Shown piece after piece: positions 60,308 through 64,000 of a stretch of 64,000 bases of DNA. The notes beneath the pieces are model-generated. The model saw only the letters and a program-made list of their open reading frames with translations. It did no database searches and was not told the origin of the DNA. The translations under genes and the position numbers were made by a program. Source of the DNA: an uncultured bacterium (GTDB taxonomy: Bacteria; CSSED10-310; CAZUFC01); contig CAZUFC010000005.1 in NCBI GenBank assembly GCA_964619725.1, positions 64,001 through 128,000 on the forward strand, given 5' to 3'. How positions within the stretch are numbered: position 1 is the stretch's first letter; every line of letters begins with the position of its first letter.

Positions 60308-61576
60308 TCAATCGGAGATTTCGTATGTATTGCCAGGATTATAGGGATGCGGTTCATCCACAGTGATGTCGTCATCGTCTTCATCTTCCGTATTTCCTGA
60401 GATATCCTGAATAATTTTATTTTGATTATCGGTATAGGAATAGGAACTTTCGATCGAATCTTCCATCGCGGAAATGGAGATATCAGAAGCGGATTCAATG
60501 CCTTTGAATTTCATAGCGAACTCATCAGGGTTAGAGGATCGTTCCAGTGCTTCCTGATAAGTGATGGCGCGTTTTTTAACCAGGAAATAAAGCGACTGAT
60601 CGAAGGTTTGCATTCCGTATTGACTGACGCCTTCTTTCATGGCGTTAAGGATATACTTGGTTTTTTCCTCATAAATGATGCATTCGCGAATAAGCGGAGT
60701 AGAGACCATGACTTCAGCGGCAGGAACGCGGCCGGCTTCATCTGCTCGGGGAATAAGGCGTTGTGAGATAACGGCTTTAATGACGCTGGCGAGTTGAAGT
60801 CTGATATGGCGGTGCTGATGAGGGGGGAAATAGGAGATGATGCGGAAGACGGTTTCAACGGCGTCGGTGGTATGGAGGGTGGACATGACGAGGTGCCCTG
60901 TTTCGGCAGCGGTAAGGGCAGTTTCGACGGTCGACATATCGCGCATTTCGCCGACGAGAATAACGTCAGGGTCCTGCCTCAGCGCAGCCCTCATGGCCCT
61001 GGAGAAGGTCGTCGTATCTGTGCCCAGCTCTCTTTGATTTATGATGCTCAGGCGGTCATGATGAATATATTCGATGGGGTCTTCGATGGTTATGACGTGA
61101 GCTTTCTTATTGGCGTTGATGTGATCCACCATTGAGGCGAGAGTGGTCGTTTTTCCGCTTCCGGTCGTTCCTGTGCACAGAATGAGTCCCCTGGGCAGCA
61201 AGGCGAGGTTTTCCAGGACGCTGGGGAGGAACAGATCGCGAATATTCTTTACTTTAGTGGGAATAACGCGTATGACCATGCCGAAATTGCCTCTCTGCTG
61301 GAATACATTAACCCTGAACCGGCCCAATCCCGGCACGGCGTGCGCCAGGTCCACCTCCCGGTACTCCTGGAAGATATTCCGGTGATAGTCGTTCATTATT
61401 GTATTTGCGAGTTCTTCCATCTCCGGCGCGGTGATTTTTTTTCTATCCATGATAGGCTGCAGAAGGCCGTCGACTCTTAGAATAGGATAAGTGCCGACTT
61501 TCAAATGCAGGTCTGATGCGTTCAATTTGATTGAAACATTTAACAGTTCATAAAGGTCTTGGACTAAATTTCCCAT
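60308..61576 (-). CDS. pilT: Type IV pilus retraction ATPase PilT/PilU family
   Basis: ASDLHL, RFRVNVF, GTTGSGKTTT, TIEDPIE, LRQDPDVILVGEMRD, AETGHLV.STLHT, GMQTFDQ. Confidence 0.92.
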   Translation of the reverse strand: MGNLVQDLYELLNVSIKLNASDLHLKVGTYPILRVDGLLQPIMDRKKITAPEMEELANTIMNDYHRNIFQEYREVDLAHAVPGLGRFRVNVFQQRGNFGMVIRVIPTKVKNIRDLFLPSVLENLALLPRGLILCTGTTGSGKTTTLASMVDHINANKKAHVITIEDPIEYIHHDRLSIINQRELGTDTTTFSRAMRAALRQDPDVILVGEMRDMSTVETALTAAETGHLVMSTLHTTDAVETVFRIISYFPPHQHRHIRLQLASVIKAVISQRLIPRADEAGRVPAAEVMVSTPLIRECIIYEEKTKYILNAMKEGVSQYGMQTFDQSLYFLVKKRAITYQEALERSSNPDEFAMKFKGIESASDISISAMEDSIESSYSYTDNQNKIIQDISGNTEDEDDDDITVDEPHPYNPGNTYEISD

Positions 61577-61771
61577 TTTGACGAAGTCCTTTCGTAGGAG
61601 GCGGCGTTGCAAGCCTTCTCAGAACCAATATTATTCAAAATAAACGGCGTGTCAAACAAGCTGCCTGCTTGAACATGAACCCTGCTGACGTTTAAATAAC
61701 TTGCTCCATAAGGGCCGGTCCCGAATTTTGCCGGCAGATAAAACGCCTTGCTGCGCGTAAAAAAATGACTC

Positions 61772-62803
61772 CTACCCCTTTTTGTCGGCAGCCGGCTCTT
61801 CCTTTTCGTCTTCGAGTCCGGTTTTCTTTTTGATCGCCTGTAAAATTTCATCGGCGACGTCTTTGTTTTCTTTCAGGAACAATTTTGAGTTTTCTCTACC
61901 CTGACCCAATCGGGTATCGCCATAGGAATACCATGCTCCGCTTTTCGACACAATATTAAATTTAAGCCCTTCATCCAGAAGGCTTCCCTCCTGGGAGATG
62001 CCCATTCCGTACATAATGTCGAATTCGACTTTTTCAAAAGGGGGCGCCATTTTATTTTTAACAACTTTAACGACTGTGCGATTGCCGGTCATTCTGTCGC
62101 CTTCTTTTATGGCCCCGATCCGGCGAATTTCCATACGCACGGAAGAATAGAATTTTAAAGCGCGGCCGCCCGTTGTGGTTTCAGGATTCCCGAACATGAC
62201 GCCTATTTTTTCTCTGACTTGATTAATAAAAATGAAACAGGTCCTGGACTTATTGATGGCCGCAGCGAGTTTTCTCAGCGCCTGGGACATGAGTCTGGCC
62301 TGGAGGCCTACATGGGAGTCGCCCATTTCGCCTTCGATTTCAGCGCGAGGGACCAGGGCTGCAACGGAATCAACGACGATGACATCTACTGCGCCGCTTC
62401 TGACCAGCAGTTCGCTTATTTCCAGGGCCTGTTCGCCGGTATCGGGCTGGGAAATGAGGAGTTCGTCAGTGTCGACTCCCAGTTTTTTCGCATAAATCGG
62501 GTCCAGCGCGTGTTCGGCATCCACAAAGGCGCAAATGCCGTTCATTTTTTGAGCTTCCGATATGACGTGAAGAGCCAGCGTCGTTTTTCCGGAGGATTCC
62601 GGGCCGTATATTTCTATAATTCTTCCACGGGGAACTCCGCCTATGCCCAACGCCAGGTCCAACCCCAGACAACCCGTCGGTATCACGGGAATGCTTATGG
62701 CCGCATTCTGACCCAGCTTCATTATCGAACCCTTCCCGAATTGTCTTTCAATCATACCAACGGTCGCTTCCAGCGCCTTTTTCTTTTCATTTTTCTCTTT
62801 CAT
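61772..62803 (-). CDS. recA: Recombinase A
   Basis: [31 protein letters not shown]. Confidence 0.99.
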   Translation of the reverse strand: MKEKNEKKKALEATVGMIERQFGKGSIMKLGQNAAISIPVIPTGCLGLDLALGIGGVPRGRIIEIYGPESSGKTTLALHVISEAQKMNGICAFVDAEHALDPIYAKKLGVDTDELLISQPDTGEQALEISELLVRSGAVDVIVVDSVAALVPRAEIEGEMGDSHVGLQARLMSQALRKLAAAINKSRTCFIFINQVREKIGVMFGNPETTTGGRALKFYSSVRMEIRRIGAIKEGDRMTGNRTVVKVVKNKMAPPFEKVEFDIMYGMGISQEGSLLDEGLKFNIVSKSGAWYSYGDTRLGQGRENSKLFLKENKDVADEILQAIKKKTGLEDEKEEPAADKKG

Positions 62804-62804
62804 T

Positions 62805-63398
62805 TTATTCTCCTTGTACTGATAAATTTGAGCTGTGGACAACGTGGTATTCAGCTCCGGCAGGCTTTAAAACACTTCGATATAAAACCACTTTATCGAT
62901 GCTGAAATGCGGCGTTTCGATTTCTTTCAACTCAAGAAATTCAGAAACGTAATTCATCGCCTGGGAGGGATTCTTTACGCGTCCCAGGGTCAAATGAGGA
63001 TGAAATTTACGATTTTCTTTTTTAAAACCGAGTTTTGAAGTGGCTCTGATAATACGCTCCTGCAATTTGTCCATTTCGGGCTGTTCGAAACGAAGGCCCA
63101 CCCACAGGACGCGTGCGCGTCTGGCATTCGGAAAACATCCTACCGGTCCAAAATGCACTTCAAAGGATTGGCATTCGGAACACGCTTCCGTCAACGCTTT
63201 AGATAATTTTTCGATTTTCGTCACCGGTGTATCGCCGAGAAACTGAAATGTCAGGTGAATGCCCTGCGGCTTAACCCATCTTATACCCCGACTGCGGTCT
63301 CGAATGGAGGCTGTTTTTTCCTGCAGGGAATCTTTCAGTTCATCAGGTATCTCCGCAGCTATAAAAAGCCTCTGTTTTTCGCGTCTTTCCCGGCTCAT
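62805..63398 (-). CDS. thpR: RNA 2',3'-cyclic phosphodiesterase (2H family)
   Basis: RLFIA, two HLT motifs, conserved position between cinA and recA. Confidence 0.92.
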   Translation of the reverse strand: MSRERREKQRLFIAAEIPDELKDSLQEKTASIRDRSRGIRWVKPQGIHLTFQFLGDTPVTKIEKLSKALTEACSECQSFEVHFGPVGCFPNARRARVLWVGLRFEQPEMDKLQERIIRATSKLGFKKENRKFHPHLTLGRVKNPSQAMNYVSEFLELKEIETPHFSIDKVVLYRSVLKPAGAEYHVVHSSNLSVQGE

Positions 63399-63907
63399 GT
63401 CCTTTTCTCCCGCTGAGATTCCAAGGATAGAAGATAATCATGAAGCATGTCGAAGGCTTCATCTGCCGTTTTGTTTTTAACGGTCCGTCGATCGCCCGAA
63501 AAGGTGAAATGCTGCACAAGCGTTTTTTCCGGAGCATGCAACCCGATGTAAACCGTGCCGACAGGTTTACCCGGACTGCCTCCTCCCGGTCCCGCTATGC
63601 CGGTCGTGGATAGCCCGACTTCCGTTCCCGAATTTCTGCTTACCCCTTCGCACATCGCCTTCGCAGTCTGTCGGCTTACCGCTCCATGCTCATCCAATAC
63701 CTCTTGCGGCACCCCCAGCAATTCTACCTTGGCCCTGTTGCTGTATGATACTATGCCACGCTCGAAATAGGCCGAAGCTCCGGGAATCGCCGTCGTTCGA
63801 TGAGCTATCAGGCCTCCTGTACAGGATTCCGCAACAGCCAGGGTCCATTTTCTATTTTTCAGCAGATCGCCGATTTTTTCTTCAATGCATTTTCCTTTTG
63901 TTTCCAT
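63395..63907 (-). CDS. cinA: CinA C-terminal / NMN deamidase (PncC)
   Basis: AESCTGG, YSN.AK, GAVS, TTGIAGPGGG, KPVGTV. Confidence 0.92.
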   Translation of the reverse strand: METKGKCIEEKIGDLLKNRKWTLAVAESCTGGLIAHRTTAIPGASAYFERGIVSYSNRAKVELLGVPQEVLDEHGAVSRQTAKAMCEGVSRNSGTEVGLSTTGIAGPGGGSPGKPVGTVYIGLHAPEKTLVQHFTFSGDRRTVKNKTADEAFDMLHDYLLSLESQREKRT

Positions 63908-64000
63908 TTTAAATTACCAATCTGATTAATTGCAGAACAATATTACTATAAATCCCGGCTATTACGTCGTCAAGGACAATGCCGGTTCCGCCGGGAAGTT

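Noticed and set aside
55183-62905. Long antisense ORFs such as 55183-55908 and 62219-62905
   Set aside because: They are shadow frames of well-supported genes (the hydrolase and recA) and have no recognisable motifs.

Overview
A 64-kb chromosomal window from a diderm, probably anaerobic bacterium. Lineage is not determinable from sequence alone, but the mglA, pilT, PilQ-type STN domain and sigma54 activators look delta-proteobacterial/Acidobacteria-like. Housekeeping genes include recA-thpR-cinA, argF, nifU-nifS, hppA, two tldD/tldE pairs, mltD, vsr, lemA, yggU and an NCS2 permease. They are interspersed with many large secreted proteins. Main observation: six unrelated signal-peptide proteins end in the same ~115-125 aa C-terminal domain (L[DE][VI]x[GD]x[YL][WYF]F ... 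FxWP ... terminal [WF]x[WYF]x1-2-stop), which looks like the cargo tag of an undescribed secretion or surface-attachment system. Three other secreted proteins carry a different, IPTL-CTERM-like tail (VP[AS]x4G-TM-basic). Non-coding features: a dispersed 20-bp REP-like repeat (8 copies, two bracketing an AAA+/DUF4143 cassette), a ~420-bp inverted-repeat element with a second partial copy, short tandem arrays, a candidate antisense sRNA in a long leader, and a kb-scale G-rich-to-C-rich sawtooth independent of gene strand. No rRNA, tRNA, CRISPR array or transposase was recognised. All calls are from reading motifs by eye; no searches were run.
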